A stretch of 64,000 bases of DNA from Eledone cirrhosa (Eukaryota). Below, in pieces: positions 1 through 12,899 of the stretch; positions within the stretch are counted from its first letter, which is position 1, and every line of letters begins with the position of its first letter. The notes under the pieces are model-generated. The model ran no database searches. It was not told the DNA's origin and saw only the letters and a list, made by a program, of their open reading frames with translations. The stretch is from the NCBI GenBank assembly GCA_964016885.1, contig OZ024748.1, positions 53,010,001 to 53,074,000 of the forward strand. The letters run 5' to 3'. The position numbers were made by a program, and so were the translations under genes.

Positions 1-224
1 CTCTACCTCCCAAACTGATGAGATGGCATCAAATTGGTACCCTTATAAAGATTTGGTCACCTCTAACTCCCAAACTGATGAGATGGCATCAAATTGGTAC
101 CCTTATAAAGATTTGGTCACCTCTACCTCCCAAACTGATGAGATGGCATCAAATTGGTACCCTTATAAAGACCCTGGTTACCTCTACCTCCCAAACTGAT
201 GAGATGGCATCAAATTGGTACCCT
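1..224. repeat. 60-bp tandem repeat, ~3.7 copies visible, may continue upstream of the window
   Basis: Unit CTCTACCTCCCAAACTGATGAGATGGCATCAAATTGGTACCCTTATAAAGATTTGGTCAC at 1, 61, 121 and ~182. Confidence 0.95.
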
Positions 225-835
225 TTGTATGAATGAGTTCTGCCTTCCATTTTTAATAAATAGCTTTTCGCAACTTTATCTCATTATCTTATGAGGAAGA
301 TGAAATGGTGGGCAGGTGGGTGGAGTGGGCGGTAAACCCTAAGAATTTGTTTAATAACAATAGAATTGGTCATTTGATGCGTCATCCCAAACTGGCAAAG
401 AAACCCTCTTGGGTCTGATTTCATCCCAAGACTAAATACATATGGATGTGACTCCACATGATTACATACATGCATACATAATACATACATACACACACAT
501 ACATACATACATACATACATACATACATACATACATACACACATACATACACACATACATACACACACACATACATACATACACACATACATACACACAC
601 AGATACATACATACATACATACACACACACATACACACACACATACATACACACACACACACATACATATATACACACACGCAAACACACACATACATCT
701 GTATGTATATAATATATATAATGTCTTGTGAATGGTGGTAAAATAGCAACATCCATCTGAAGGCAATGAAAGAATGATGGATATATATCCCTATCATCAT
801 CATCATCTGCATGTCTGATGATGATGATGATGATG

Positions 836-913
<78 letters not shown>

Positions 914-1740
914 ATGTGTGTATGTGTGTGTGTGTGTGTATGTTATTTATTTGTGAAACAGTGATACAGAAGAATGAGGCGAGGAATAGAAACAGAAAGA
1001 AAAAAATTCTAAAATTCATAAAAGAATGAAGAGGGTGGAGGGGGGGGGGGGTAAATAATGAAACAATTAGAGAAAGAGAGGGTGATAGTGAGATGGAGAG
1101 GGAGAGTGCGGCAGTGAGAGTGTGTGTGGGTGAGAGAGAATGAGAGAGAGTGAGAGACAGAAAGAGTAAGATTGACAGAGACAGAGTGAGTGAGAGAAAG
1201 AGAGAGTGAGAGAGAGATAGAGAGAGTGAAAGTGTGACAGTGTGTGAGAAAGATAAAAACTATGTCAGTCATATACTATGTATGTAAGCAGACATACAGA
1301 CAGACACACACACACATATATATACACACACACACACACATATATATACACACACACATATATATATATATACACACACAAACACACACACATATATATA
1401 TATATATACACACACAAACACACACACACAGTGACCTATAAATTTCCAGATACAAAATATCTTTAAATATGACCTTATTTATCATATGTCTGTCTGTCTG
1501 TCCATGTGTGTATGTGTGCATGAGTGTATATGTATGTTTAAATGCGACCGTATTTATCATGTTTGTGTGTGTGTGTGTGTGTGTGTAGCATCATCATCAT
1601 CATCTTCGTTTAACGCCCATCTTCCACGCTAGCATGGGTTAGACGGGAGTTGTCCCACTTGAGGCAAGGTTGGTCGGGTGACCGTGTCTCGCTCATATAG
1701 GACTATCTGGCAGGTTTTCTACGGCTGGATGCCCTTCCTA

Positions 1741-1777
<37 letters not shown>

Positions 1778-1879
1778 GTGTGTATATGTTTGTAAGTATG
1801 GACACAGCTTGGCCAAATGGTGAAGATCTTCTCTTAGCAACCATTAGGTTCCTGAGTGAATCCTACTGCATGGTCCAGA

Positions 1880-2110
1880 GTTCTCAAATACTCCTTCCAG
1901 GGAATCCTGTCATAAGCAACCATCTCCAAATGATCCAGCTGGGTCCCCAAGCAGGATCAGCCAAGCTCATGGATGTTATCCAACCATCTTCTTCAGGGTC
2001 TCCCTCTGAGTCTCCTGCCGGTTGGTTTCAATCATAAAATCTATCCGGCGATTCTTTCCTGAGACATTCTAACCAAATAGCCATAGTATCAGACCTGTGA
2101 TCTCTCCAAT
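1880..2110 (-). mobile_element. RTE-clade LINE 3' ORF remnant
   Basis: Minus strand reads PTGRRLRGRP*RRWLDNIHELG*SCLGTQLDHLEMVAYDRIPW, matching the RTE C-terminal GxRxRGRPxxRW...DRxxW pattern; a related decayed copy lies at ~50600-50830. Confidence 0.65.
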
Positions 2111-2154
2111 TGAGAGAGGAAGTTACTTAGATTACAAAATGCTTCCATATACTA

Positions 2155-2500
2155 TAGGAGGCACATGGCTTAGTGGTTAGAGCATTGGCCTTGCAATCGA
2201 AAGGTTGTGAGTTCAATTCTCAGATCGGGTGATGTGTTGTTTCCTTGAGCAAGACACTTTATTTCACATTGCTCCAGTTTACTCAGCTGTAGAAATGAGA
2301 TGATAGGACTGGGGTCCATATCATTCCACTGCAAAGTGGTCGTGTAGGTGCCACAGCACAAAGCACCTAGTACTCACTGTAAATGAGGTTGGTTTTAGGA
2401 AGGGCATCCAGCTGTAGAAATCAAGCCAGCATCAGTTCCCGTCCCACCCTTGCAAGCAGGGAAAAAGCGGACGTAAAATGAAATGATGATGAATGATGAT
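2155..2500 (+). mobile_element. tRNA-derived CORE-like SINE with RTE-type tail, near full length
   Basis: A box TGGCTTAGTGG, B box GAGTTCAATTC, CORE-like TTCCTTGAGCAAGACACTT, tail GGAAGGGCATCCAGCTGTAGAAA...GGACGTAAAATGA(TGA)n; inverted close copy at 46659-47007. Confidence 0.85.
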
Positions 2501-3154
2501 ACTTTATTATTTTCAAAACGATTTGAAAATTAGAACATTAGAAATATGGTAATGAAATGCTTCAGTAAACTAAGTAGATTAACCCTAGTTTATAACTAGT
2601 ACTTATTTTATTGACTCATCTGACCGACTGAAAGACAAAGTTTTCAACTCTTCACACTAATTATTCATTGTAAGCAATTTGGTTTGGCACCAAACTATTT
2701 TAATTAAACTGACTGTCATTAGACAGGTAATTAATTATAATGAGTGAGGGTGTGAGGGGGTGAAATAGGAGGTGGTGTGTGGAAGGAGGGAAGGTGAGTG
2801 GGAGGGCAGAGAAAGAGAGGAGAGAGATTGAAAGAACTATTGAAAAGAGAGAGAGAGAGAGCTTGTGGAGATGGGAAAAGTGAGTGTGTATGTGAGACAG
2901 AGAGAGAAAGAGAGAGAGAATTAAGAGAAGAAAGAGTGATAGTGTAAGAGAGAGACTGATGGAGGAGTAAGGGAGAATGAGAGAGAACAAAAGAGGAAGA
3001 GGAAGGAAGACAGAGAAGAAGATCGAGAAAGAGAAAGACAAAGAAAGGGGAGAAAGATAATATAGATAGAAATGAGGAGATTTTTGCCTATATGAGTTTA
3101 CACAAACACACACAAATATATATACACCAAAGGACCCTGCCAATATATATATAT

Positions 3155-3360
3155 ATGTGGACATGTGATGCGTATGAAGGACGGCAGGTGTATAAAAAAG
3201 TGCAGGGCAATGAAAATTGATGGAAGCTGCAGAGTGGGTAGACCAAGAAAAACCTGGGATGAGGTGATAAAATCTGACCTTGTCCACCTACACCTCTCTA
3301 AGACAATGACACTGGATCAAGATCTTTGGCGCCATGCAGTTGTACAGAAGACCTGACTAC
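3155..3360 (+). mobile_element. RTE LINE 3' ORF fragment
   Basis: GHVMRM...GRPRKTWDEVIKSDL...DQDLWRHAV; homologous to 43440-43815 (-). Confidence 0.85.
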
Positions 3361-3469
3361 CATTGCATACAAACCTACAGTCAGTAGGCACCTCTTAACC
3401 TAATGTACACCCCACCCCACTCACCCTACCCTATCCTCCCTCTCCCGTTCCATCAATTGTGTCGATGAC

Positions 3470-3680
3470 ACAACAGTCCACACTGTAAGATGGTCGTGTA
3501 GGAGACATGGTAAAAAGGCTCCCAGTCCACACTGTAAATGTGGTTGGTGTCAGGAAGGGCATCCAGCTGTAAAAAGCCCTACCAGCGGCACTTCCGTAGG
3601 AGCGAGACATCAAATGGAACAAAACCGTCCAACCCATGACAGCGTGGAAGATGGACGTTAAACGATGATGATGATGATGA
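3470..3680 (+). mobile_element. RTE-tail-type short repeat ending in (GAT)n
   Basis: GGAAGGGCATCCAGCTGTA...GGACGTTAAACGATGATG; further copies at ~1590-1740(-), 21350-21720(-), 32935-33200(-), 36045-36290(+), 38826-39000(+), 43050-43300(-), 62440-62670(-). Confidence 0.8.
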
Positions 3681-3737
3681 TATATATATATATAAGTATA
3701 TAATATAAGATCAAAAGATGGTTAAAGGAGTTCCATG

Positions 3738-3808
3738 TATTTTATTATGCGCATTTCAAAAACAAACATCATCATGCAATAATATTTGTGTTTTCATCAG
3801 ATAAAACA
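3738..3808 (-). ncRNA. Type I hammerhead ribozyme motif (mirror of 3927-3997)
   Basis: Exact reverse complement within the palindrome (TCATCAG at 3794-3800). Confidence 0.85.
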
Positions 3809-3926
3809 GGAGAACATGATATGAAGGCTAAAAAACACTTGTGGATAGTGCAGTTTTAAATCAACATATGTTGATTTAAAACTGAACTATCCACAAGTGT
3901 TTTTTAGCCTTCATATCATGTTCTCC

Positions 3927-3997
3927 TGTTTTATCTGATGAAAACACAAATATTATTGCATGATGATGTTTGTTTTTGAAATGCGCATAATAAAATA
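3927..3997 (+). ncRNA. Type I hammerhead ribozyme motif
   Basis: Stem I UGUUUUAU/AUAAAAUA; CUGAUGA 3935-3941; ~16-bp stem II with GCAU loop; GAAA 3978-3981; palindromic stem III AUGCGCAU; AUA cleavage triplet. Confidence 0.85.
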
Positions 3998-4306
3998 CAT
4001 GGAACTCCTTTAACCATCTTTTGATCTTATATTATGTATACTCCAGTCCTACAAACTGTAGAGTGCTTCTTATCCGATATCTGCATTGCTCTATTGTACT
4101 ACAATAAAACTCACCTCCTACATTATATAAGTATATATGTATGTATATATCTATATCTATGTATCTATCTATCTATCTATATATATATTTATTAAAATAA
4201 CAGATTAAAGTTTAAGCAAACAATCGCTGAAGCGGGACAAGCAAAATTCAAACAATCTTTCAAAATGAATTCAAAAAATATAATTTAAATATTTACCTAT
4301 CCATAT

Positions 4307-4387
4307 TGCTTTTACCGACGGTTTCACCTCACAAAAGATTGGAAATTCAAGGGACTTCTAATGGAAAGTTCGGCTCTTCAGAAAGCA
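4307..4387 (-). ncRNA. Type I hammerhead ribozyme motif
   Basis: UGCUUU-CUGAAGA-GCC...GGU-GAAA-CCG-U-CGG-UA-AAAGCA: perfect 6-bp stem I, intact core, GUA triplet. Confidence 0.82.
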
Positions 4388-4647
4388 TTTTCCCTTACAT
4401 AGGACATAGAGTCCCACAGTCAGCTAGTGCAGGATCAAATGGGGCCGTAAACGTGAACTACACGTGAACTGGTCGTTAGTAGAAGTGGGAGTAGCATAGA
4501 CGTGTTGTCTGCCACACCACTAAAAATAGCAGCTAGGTAAACAACGGATTTTTTCTCTACATATATATATAAGATAAGCTATTCCGGGTTGAATTAGAGG
4601 AAACCACAGTAAGTAAGATACTCAATACATAGCAGAGTATGAATGTT

Positions 4648-4712
4648 TTAATATAGAAGAGCTTCTACAGGACTAGAACTGTTTCATTCATGAGAAATCA
4701 TCAGCATATTAA
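4648..4712 (-). ncRNA. Hammerhead-like motif with long imperfect stem III
   Basis: UUAAUAUG-CUGAUGA-UUUC-UCAU-GAAU-GAAA-CAGUUCUA...UAGAAGCUCUUC-UAUAUUAA; mismatches at the base of stems II and III. Confidence 0.6.
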
Positions 4713-5366
4713 CTCTCTAAAAAGGGAAATCATATCAAACCCCAGTCCACCATTTGCCTCCATCATGAATCAACTAAACACTCTTGCTATATTAACACAT
4801 TTTGATCTGCTTAACTTCAAGGACTATGCCTGTAAAAAACATTATATTTCCTTTCACATTGACTTTTTATGCTCCACATTACGCTCCTTTTTTCCTTTTT
4901 TCCTTTTTTCTTTTCACTTCATAAACCTTGTTTGTAAATAACATTATTCTTTCTGCACCATTTCTTTAACATGTCCAACACCACCATTCTACACCAGTAC
5001 ATTTCACTATCATTTGATAATGCATAAAAATGCTGAAACCGGTAATAGACAATTATTAAATATATAAATAGATAAATAAATGCCATTGTTAATTAATAAA
5101 TAAATCAACTAATACCTTAACACTTCACACAAAGTAAAATATTTCGTTTTAATCATTTTCTAACCCAGAAAAGAGAGAGAAATAAATAAAAAGGGAAAAA
5201 AATATATTTTTATTCCTAATAATCATCTTTTTCTCCATTTTTATATATATATATATATATATAAGTATTGAAATTTCCGTTGGAAACAGAAAAGGTCATA
5301 GAAGTGAAGAGTGCTCTATGTAAGTATCAGAGCAAAATTTAATGTATAAAAATCAATACAATATAA

Positions 5367-5442
5367 TTACCTCATTACCAGAGGTTTCCCGAATGAGGCG
5401 AATACGAAATAAACGACTTCATTCGTTCGTCAGACGAGGCAA
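5367..5442 (-). ncRNA. Type I hammerhead ribozyme motif in a ~180-bp (TA)n-flanked element (5262-5442)
   Basis: 9-bp stem I UUGCCUCGU/AUGAGGUAA; CUGACGA; stem II CGAAUGA/UCAUUCG (A.G at its base); GAAA-CC-UCU-GG-UA. Confidence 0.82.
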
Positions 5443-6526
5443 TATATATATATATATACACACACACAGCATCTGATGAATGGAGAGATGCTGTGCTGAA
5501 TAGGACCCGTCCCACCCTTGCAAGTAGGGAAAAGCGGACGTAAAATGATGATGATGATGATGATGACACACCCACACACACATACTGACACACTGACAAA
5601 CATATGCATACATACACTGACACATATAGGCACAAACATACATGGATCCTCACTTTTTAATTCATATATATATATATACACTGACAAACACACATATATT
5701 ATACATACTGACATACATACATACACATTGACAAACACACACACACACACACATATATACACACACTGATAAACACAGACATAAATATATGCATACACAT
5801 CCTGGGGTGTGGAAACAAGAGTTTTACCCAGAATTAATGGCAGCTGGGTGGGTGGGATATGTGGATATGTTGATGAGATGGGGTGTTTGGGTGGCTGGGT
5901 GGATGTGTTGATGGGGTGGGGTGTCTGGGTTCCTGGGTGGATGCGTTGATGAAGTGAGGTGTCTGTGTGGCTGGGTGGATGTGTTGATGAGGTGGCAATG
6001 GGGTTGTGTGGGGGTGGGGGGAGGTCTGGGTGGTCGGGGGAGGGGGATGAAGTGGGTTTTCTGGGTGGATGGGTGAATATGGTGATGAGGTGGGAAGTAA
6101 TGGTGGTGGAGTAGCTTGGGTGGCTGGGTGGCTGTGTTGAGCTGGGGTGGCTGGGTGGCCGTGTTGAGGTGTAGCTGCTGGGTGGCTGTGTTGATGAGGT
6201 GGGGGAGGCTCGATGGATGAGGTGGGGGAGGCTCGATAGATGAGGTGGGGGATCTAAGTAGCTTGGTGGATGAGGTAAGGGGTCTAAGTGGCTGGGTGGG
6301 TGAGGTGGCTGGGTGGATATGGAGGAAAGTAAATATGGTGTAGTTGACATAATGAATTATTTCACGGAGAGTGGGATAAAATGACAAATTAGGGGTGACA
6401 ATGAGATCCATTACACTTACTTGCCTCCAACCAAACACCCACCTGGGTATATACCATCCCTTCAATCTACCCCCACTAAAATTCCAAAGACAGTTCTACC
6501 AATTCTCCACTAACCTACTCATCTAC

Positions 6527-6760
6527 CCACCTAGGTATACATTACCCACCTATGTACCTGACCAACTACCCACCTAGGTACACAATTACCCACCTATGTA
6601 CCTGCCCAACTACCCACCTAGGTACACAATTACCCACCTATGTACCTGCCCAACTACCCACCTAGGTACACAATTACCCACCTATGTACCTGCCCAACTA
6701 CCCACCTAGGTACACAATTACCCACCCATGTACTTGCTCAACTACCCAACTACCCATGAA
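6527..6760. repeat. 44-bp minisatellite, ~5 copies
   Basis: Unit CCCACCTAGGTACACAATTACCCACCTATGTACCTGCCCAACTA. Confidence 0.9.
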
Positions 6761-6869
6761 CCAACCTGTCTACCCCAACTAACTACCCATCTGTCTAAAC
6801 ACTTCCCCACCTTTCTACCCATCTACCTTTTTCCACATAGGGGTTCCTTCCATTTTTCAACAATGAGAG

Positions 6870-8670
6870 TTGATGGTGGTGATGATGGTGATGGTGATGA
6901 TGATGATGGTGGTGGTGATGATGATGGTGGTGGTGGTGATGATGATGGTGGTGGTGGTGATGATGGTGGTGGTGGTGATGATGGTGGTGGTGATGATGGT
7001 GGTGATGGTGGTGGTGATGATGATGATGGTGGTGGTGATGATGGTGAGGTGGTGATGATGGTGAGGTGGTGATGATGGTGGTGATGATGATGATGATGGT
7101 GGTGATGATGGTGGTGGTGATGATGGTGGTGGTGGTGATGATGGTGGTGATGATGGTGGTGATGATGATGATGGTGGTGGTGGTGGTGATGATGATGGTG
7201 GTGGTGGTGATGATGGTGATGATGATGATGGTGGTGATGGTGGTGGTGATGATGATGGTGGTGATGTTGGTGATGATGGTGGTGGTGATGGTGATGGTGA
7301 TGATGGTGGTGGTGGTGGTGGTGGTGTTGGTGGTGGTGGTGAAGGTCATAGTAGTGATGGTGTTGGTGGTAGTGGTGGTAGTGGTGGTATTGGTGGTGGT
7401 GGTGGTAGTATGAGGTGGGGAAGTGGGTGGTTGACTTGTGGGTGTCTGCAATAAGGGGTCAGAGAAACTAACCCCCCAAAAAATCACAGCTGAATCCAAT
7501 CAAGGAGTTTCATCAGATGGGTTTTTTAAAATATTTATTTCATTATTGTTGTTGCTGTTGTTGTTGTTAATGTCGCTGCTCTTGTTATTGCTGTTGTTGT
7601 TGCTGCTGCTGCAGTTGGTAGTGTTAATATTGCTGTTGTTGTTGTTAACGTTGATTTTGTTGTTGTTGTTGTTAATGCTGTTGTTGTTGTTGTTGGTACT
7701 GCTGTTGTTGTTGCTGTTGTTAATACTGTTGGTACTGTTGTTGTTGTTGTTAATGCTGTTGTTGTTGTTGTTGCTGTTGTTAATACCATTGGTACTGTTG
7801 TTGTTGTTGTTAATGCCGTTGTTGTTGTTGTTGGTACTGCTGTTGCTGTTGTTAATACTGTTGGTACTGCTGTTGCTGTTGTTAATACTGTTGGTACTGT
7901 TGTTGTTGTTGTTAATACCGTTGGTACTGTTGTTGTTGTTTTAATTGTTGTTAATACTGTTGTTGTCGCTGTTGTTGTTGTTGTTGTTGGTTTTTCATCT
8001 CTTCTAAAACTTGACTTCATCTGGGATTCATCAAGGGAGTGAGGGAATGGGGGGGGTATTTGAGGTGTCGGGTTGTGCTTGTGTGGTTGTGTTGGTAGTG
8101 GTGTGGGTGGTGGTGGTGGTGGTGGTGGTGGTGGTGTGCGTGGTGTTGGTAGTGGTGGTGGTGGTGGTAGTGGTGTGGGTCGTGTTGTGGTGGTGTGGGT
8201 GGTGATAGTGGTGTGGGTGGTGTTGGTAGTGGTGGTGGTGGTGGTGTGGGTGGTGTTGGTAGTGGTGGTGGTAGTGGTGTGGGTGGTGGTGTTGGTAGTG
8301 CTGTGGGTGGTGTTGTGGTGGTAGTGGTGTGGGTGGTGTTGTGGTGGTAGTGGTGTGGGTGGTGTTGGTAGTGGTGGTGGTGGTGTTGTTGGTAGTGGTG
8401 TGGGTCGTGTTGTGGTGGTAGTGGTGTTGTTGGTGTGGGTGGTGTTGTGGGTTGTGTTGGTGTTATGGTTTGTGGTGGTGTTGTGGGGTGTGTTGTTGTG
8501 GTGGCTGTGGTGGTGTTGTGGGTTGTGGTGGTGTTGTCAGTGGTGGCAGTGTTTTTGATTGGGATGTTGATGGTGGTGGGATGTTCACGGTGAGGGTGGA
8601 GAGGTGTTGATGGTAGTAGTGGTGTTGGTGTTGGTGGTGATGTTGATGGTGGTGGTGATGTTGGTCGTGA
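6870..8670. repeat. Compound GGT/GAT/GTT trinucleotide low-complexity tract
   Basis: Source of the poly-H, poly-T, poly-L and poly-V pseudo-ORFs. Confidence 0.9.
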
Positions 8671-9280
8671 TGTTGTAAAGAGGTCATGTAGGTGTCATGA
8701 CAAAAAGCACGCAATCCACACTGTAAAGGAAGGGTGTTCGTCACCCAAAATGTTCAGAAACTGAAGCTATATTCCCCATATGAAATGTTGAGAAATTCAG
8801 TGAGAGAGTCAGACTGTGTGTAAAAGACAGATAGATATCGCCATAGTAACTAACTATACAGCAAGTGAAGCTCTCCCAGCTATACTCCCAGTTTCTTACC
8901 AGATGGACCAACAGTACCGGGGTCGCAACTGCCCATCTCAATGGCCGATGACCCAGGAGTTCTGTGCCCTTCATTCGTATTTTTTTTTTTTTTAAATAAT
9001 CTTTTAAGTTTTCTCCTAAAAAATTATTTTTAGTTTTTTTGTTTCTGTTCGTTGTTTTGTCCTCCCTTTGTTAATTTTCTTAAGTTTATATTCATATATA
9101 TATATATATATAGATGGATATATATTTATATGAAAGTGGCTCTTATAGGATTAGGTCTGTTTCCTTTGTGAAGAATTTCTATGAAAATTGACAAGCAGAA
9201 TTTATGCTCCTCTCGCCCAAAGTGAGTTTTTTTCTTCTTGCAGCAATAATTTCCTGGGGTTCATACAAATATGGTGAGAG

Positions 9281-9360
9281 GCTGTAAAATACCTGAAGAA
9301 TGCAGATTGGCTTTGCAGTGATGCAAAATAATTCATGCATGAAACAGTCTGTAATATGGC
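9281..9360 (+). ncRNA. Type I hammerhead ribozyme motif, weak stem I
   Basis: CUGAAGA 9293-9299; stem II AUGCA/UGCAU with apical UUUGCA/UGCAAA hairpin; GAAA 9341-9344; CAG-U-CUG-UA; first stem I pair is a C.A mismatch. Confidence 0.7.
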
Positions 9361-9687
9361 TGCCATGTAATATATATATGTTAAAAATATAATACATTGA
9401 AATCTGCATACTGGCATTGACAGCTCTCACTATATATAAATATACATATATATATATATATAAAAAATATATATATCTATATATATTAATTTTCACTCTT
9501 TATACAATTTATATTTTTGTCTCTCATACTGGTGTATTATTTTAAAATAAATTTCATATAAATTTTATTTTTCAAATGTTTTTTCTTTTTCTTGTTGATG
9601 TGTCGAGGGTTCTTTGTGTGTGTATCAATACATGCATGTGTATGTGTGTGTGTATTGTTTCATTAGTTTACTAAATTGAATTAAGTC

Positions 9688-9736
<49 letters not shown>

Positions 9737-10237
9737 TCTTATTATTTGTCTGGTTTAGAATTTCGTTACCAAAATCATTATTGAGTGAAAAATACATATT
9801 TAAAACAAGCATTAATTGATTTTTTTTTACTCTGTTCTTTATATATATATATATATATATCATGATTTGTGTGTATTTGTTATGTTCATGTTGTTGTTGT
9901 TGTTGTTTTTTAAGTGGTGGTGGTGATGGTCGTAGAGGTGGTGGTATTTGGGGTAATGGTTGTGGAGGTGGTGGTGGTGAGGGGGTTGTGGTGGTGGAAG
10001 TAATGGTGATAACATTGGTGGTAATGGTGGAGGTGGTGGTGGTGGTGGTGGTTTTGTTGAATTATCTATTTGGCTACAAAAAAATATATATTTATTTATC
10101 TATTTATTGAATGGGGTTCACTGGTGCCAGTTAATGTGTGTGTATATGTGGCTGTGTATATGTACGTGTGTATATATATACATATATATATGTGTGTGTG
10201 TGTATTTAGGTGTATATATACATGTGTCTATATGTGG

Positions 10238-10318
<81 letters not shown>

Positions 10319-10549
10319 TGTGTGTGTCTGTGTATATATATATATGTGTGTTTATGTACGTATGTGTATGTATATATGTGTATCTATATATGGATGTATG
10401 TGCGTGTATATATGTACATATATATGTATCTTTGTTCTGTGTGTATATAATGAGTGTGTATATGTACATTAGTGTACATAAGTATACATATATTATATAT
10501 ACATATATATATTTATATATATATTTATATATATATATATATATACATA

Positions 10550-10611
<62 letters not shown>

Positions 10612-10740
10612 GCATACATACACCTACACACGTTTCTATTTATTCATCTATACACCTATGTTGAATTATCTTGCTATTTATTATCCCTCTCGTTTGCTTT
10701 CTTTTTGTCACCCTCTCTAACTATCACTCTCTCTTTCTCT

Positions 10741-10805
<65 letters not shown>

Positions 10806-11289
10806 CTTACATTCTTATTTTCTTCTTTCTCTTCCTCATCATTTTTCTCCCTACATTTTTATGTCTATTTATTTCAGTCCCATTTTCTCACCCTCTCTCT
10901 CCCACCCACCTCTCTCACCATTCTCTCTCTCAACCCCCTCTCTCACTCCCTCTCTCACCATTCTCTCTCTCACTCCTCTCTCTCTGTTCATCCTTTACTT
11001 TTTTCTTTGTTTTATCCATGAATACAGTTATACTCACACACATGATAAACACACACACACACACATGCTCATATACTCATACATTCAAACATGCACACAT
11101 ACTCATACATTTAGCCATATATATAAATACATAGACACACATACGTATATACACATATACACAGACACACCTGTGCAAACATACACACAAACAAAATATT
11201 TTTGAATGGGTTATTCAGAAAAACGAAGGGCAGCAATACACGTGACTCTTCTCAGAGTCTCAATGAATACTGAGACAACAGGATTAAAT

Positions 11290-11970
11290 TATCAGATCAG
11301 ATCATCTGGTTTAACTGTATAGAGTTGGACATCTGTTGAAAATATCTCTACATGTTATCAGATCATCTGGTTTAAATGTATAGAGTTGGATATCTGTTGA
11401 ATAGAACTCTACATGTCATGAGATCAGATCATCTGGTTTAACTGTATGGTGTTGGACATCTGTTGAATACAATTATGCATATATTCAGATCAGATCATCT
11501 GGTTTAAATATATGTTATGGGACATTTGTTGAATACAATTCTACATGTCATGAGATCAGATCATCTGGTTTAAATGTTGTTAATGGACAGCTGTTCAATA
11601 TAACTATACATGTTATCAGATCAGATCATCTGGTTTAAATGTGTGGTTTTGGACATCTGTTGAATATAACTCTAAATGTTACCAGATCAGAACATCTGTT
11701 TTAAATGTATATTGTTGAACATCTGTTTGTCCCACTGATGCATGCTGTCAGAGAAAGGATCTGGCTTAAATGCATTTTATTAGATATCTGTTGAACACAA
11801 CTATCTATATATTTTATCAGATCATCTGGTATAAATGTATGTTATAGGATATCTGTTGAATACAACTATATATGTTATCAGACCAGATCATCTGGCTTAA
11901 GTTTCTGTAATTGGACATATTATCTGGGGAAAAATCTGTCTGAAATGCATGTTATTTGACATCTGTCAGT
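11290..11970. repeat. Diverged ~66-bp tandem repeat, ~10 copies
   Basis: CAGATCATCTGG recurs at 11298, 11359, 11425, 11491, 11557, 11622 and beyond. Confidence 0.9.
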
Positions 11971-12224
11971 TCAAATGAAGAGTGTATCAGTTGTTTGATT
12001 AATGGAACAGCCTGTTCATACAAGTAGTTCAGCTGTCCACAGACACATGTACTCATCACATAGTTCTGAGGAAGGTTCAATATGATAAAAGTGTGTGACA
12101 TAGGCACAACACATTTTTACCAACCAGTTGGACTAGAAGAATGTGAAATAAAGTGACATGTTCAAGGACATACCATGTCTTGAGGAATTGAGTTCATAAC
12201 CTCAGGATTTTGAACTTTACACCC

Positions 12225-12530
12225 TAACTGCTAAGGAGGACAGGTTGACAGGAATTTGTCATAGGTAATTTCCTTGACCATTTTGAAGCATACACCTAAC
12301 CATTAAGGACAGGTTAGTGACAGCCGGAATGGATTTGGTCAAAGGTAAAATCTTTGACCATCTTGAACCATACACTCTAACCAGTAAGGACAGGATAGTC
12401 ATGGTTGGAATGGATTAACTAAAGGTCAGTTCCTTGACCATATTGAACTATACACACTAGCCACTAAGGACAGGATCGTCATAGTTGGAATGGATTGACC
12501 AAAGCTCAGTTCCTTGACTAGGGCTGACTT
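12225..12530. repeat. Diverged ~70-80-bp tandem repeat, ~4 copies, next to a SINE head
   Basis: Recurring AAGGACAGG...GGAATGGATT...CCTTGACCAT...CTAACCA. Confidence 0.7.
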
Positions 12531-12899
12531 GTGGCTTAACAAAACAATATCAACATACACAAAAACATACTCACACACACATACACTCACACACATTTAC
12601 ATGTACACTCACACACATTTACACACACCCTCACACAAACACACCCTCACACAAACACACCAAACTACAGACAAACTCTTTCCCTAACACAGGATCATAT
12701 CAACACTATTATCAACTGAAATTACATTTAAAAAAGACTTTTTTCTCATTTTTTCCATTGTATTAACTACAATGTATATATTTGTGTGTGAGCAGAGAAA
12801 TATTTATAAACGGGACGAAGTATGTGGATATTGCAATAATATATAGCATTCCAGTTGTTGTCTTCCTGTTTCTTCTACAACAACTACAACGGTACGCGA

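Larger units (their letters stand above)
3695..4042. repeat. Near-perfect loopless palindrome (~170-bp arms), inverted PLE pseudo-LTR
   Basis: Centre CAACAT|ATGTTG at 3867/3868; one internal mismatch and a 2-bp indel at the outer edge; the element continues to ~4128; (TA)n on the left. Confidence 0.92.

Noticed and set aside
1-224. 60-bp repeat as a tandem hammerhead satellite (CCAAA-CTGATGA-GAT..ATC...GGTACC...TTTGG)
   Set aside because: No GAAA after stem II (G12 missing) and no NUH before the stem I partner
2158-2230. tRNA gene
   Set aside because: A and B boxes belong to a SINE head continuing into CORE and tail; no full cloverleaf
6795-8020. Mucin-like Thr-rich and poly-His ORFs
   Set aside because: Trinucleotide repeats are open in several frames by composition; no domain or convincing gene structure
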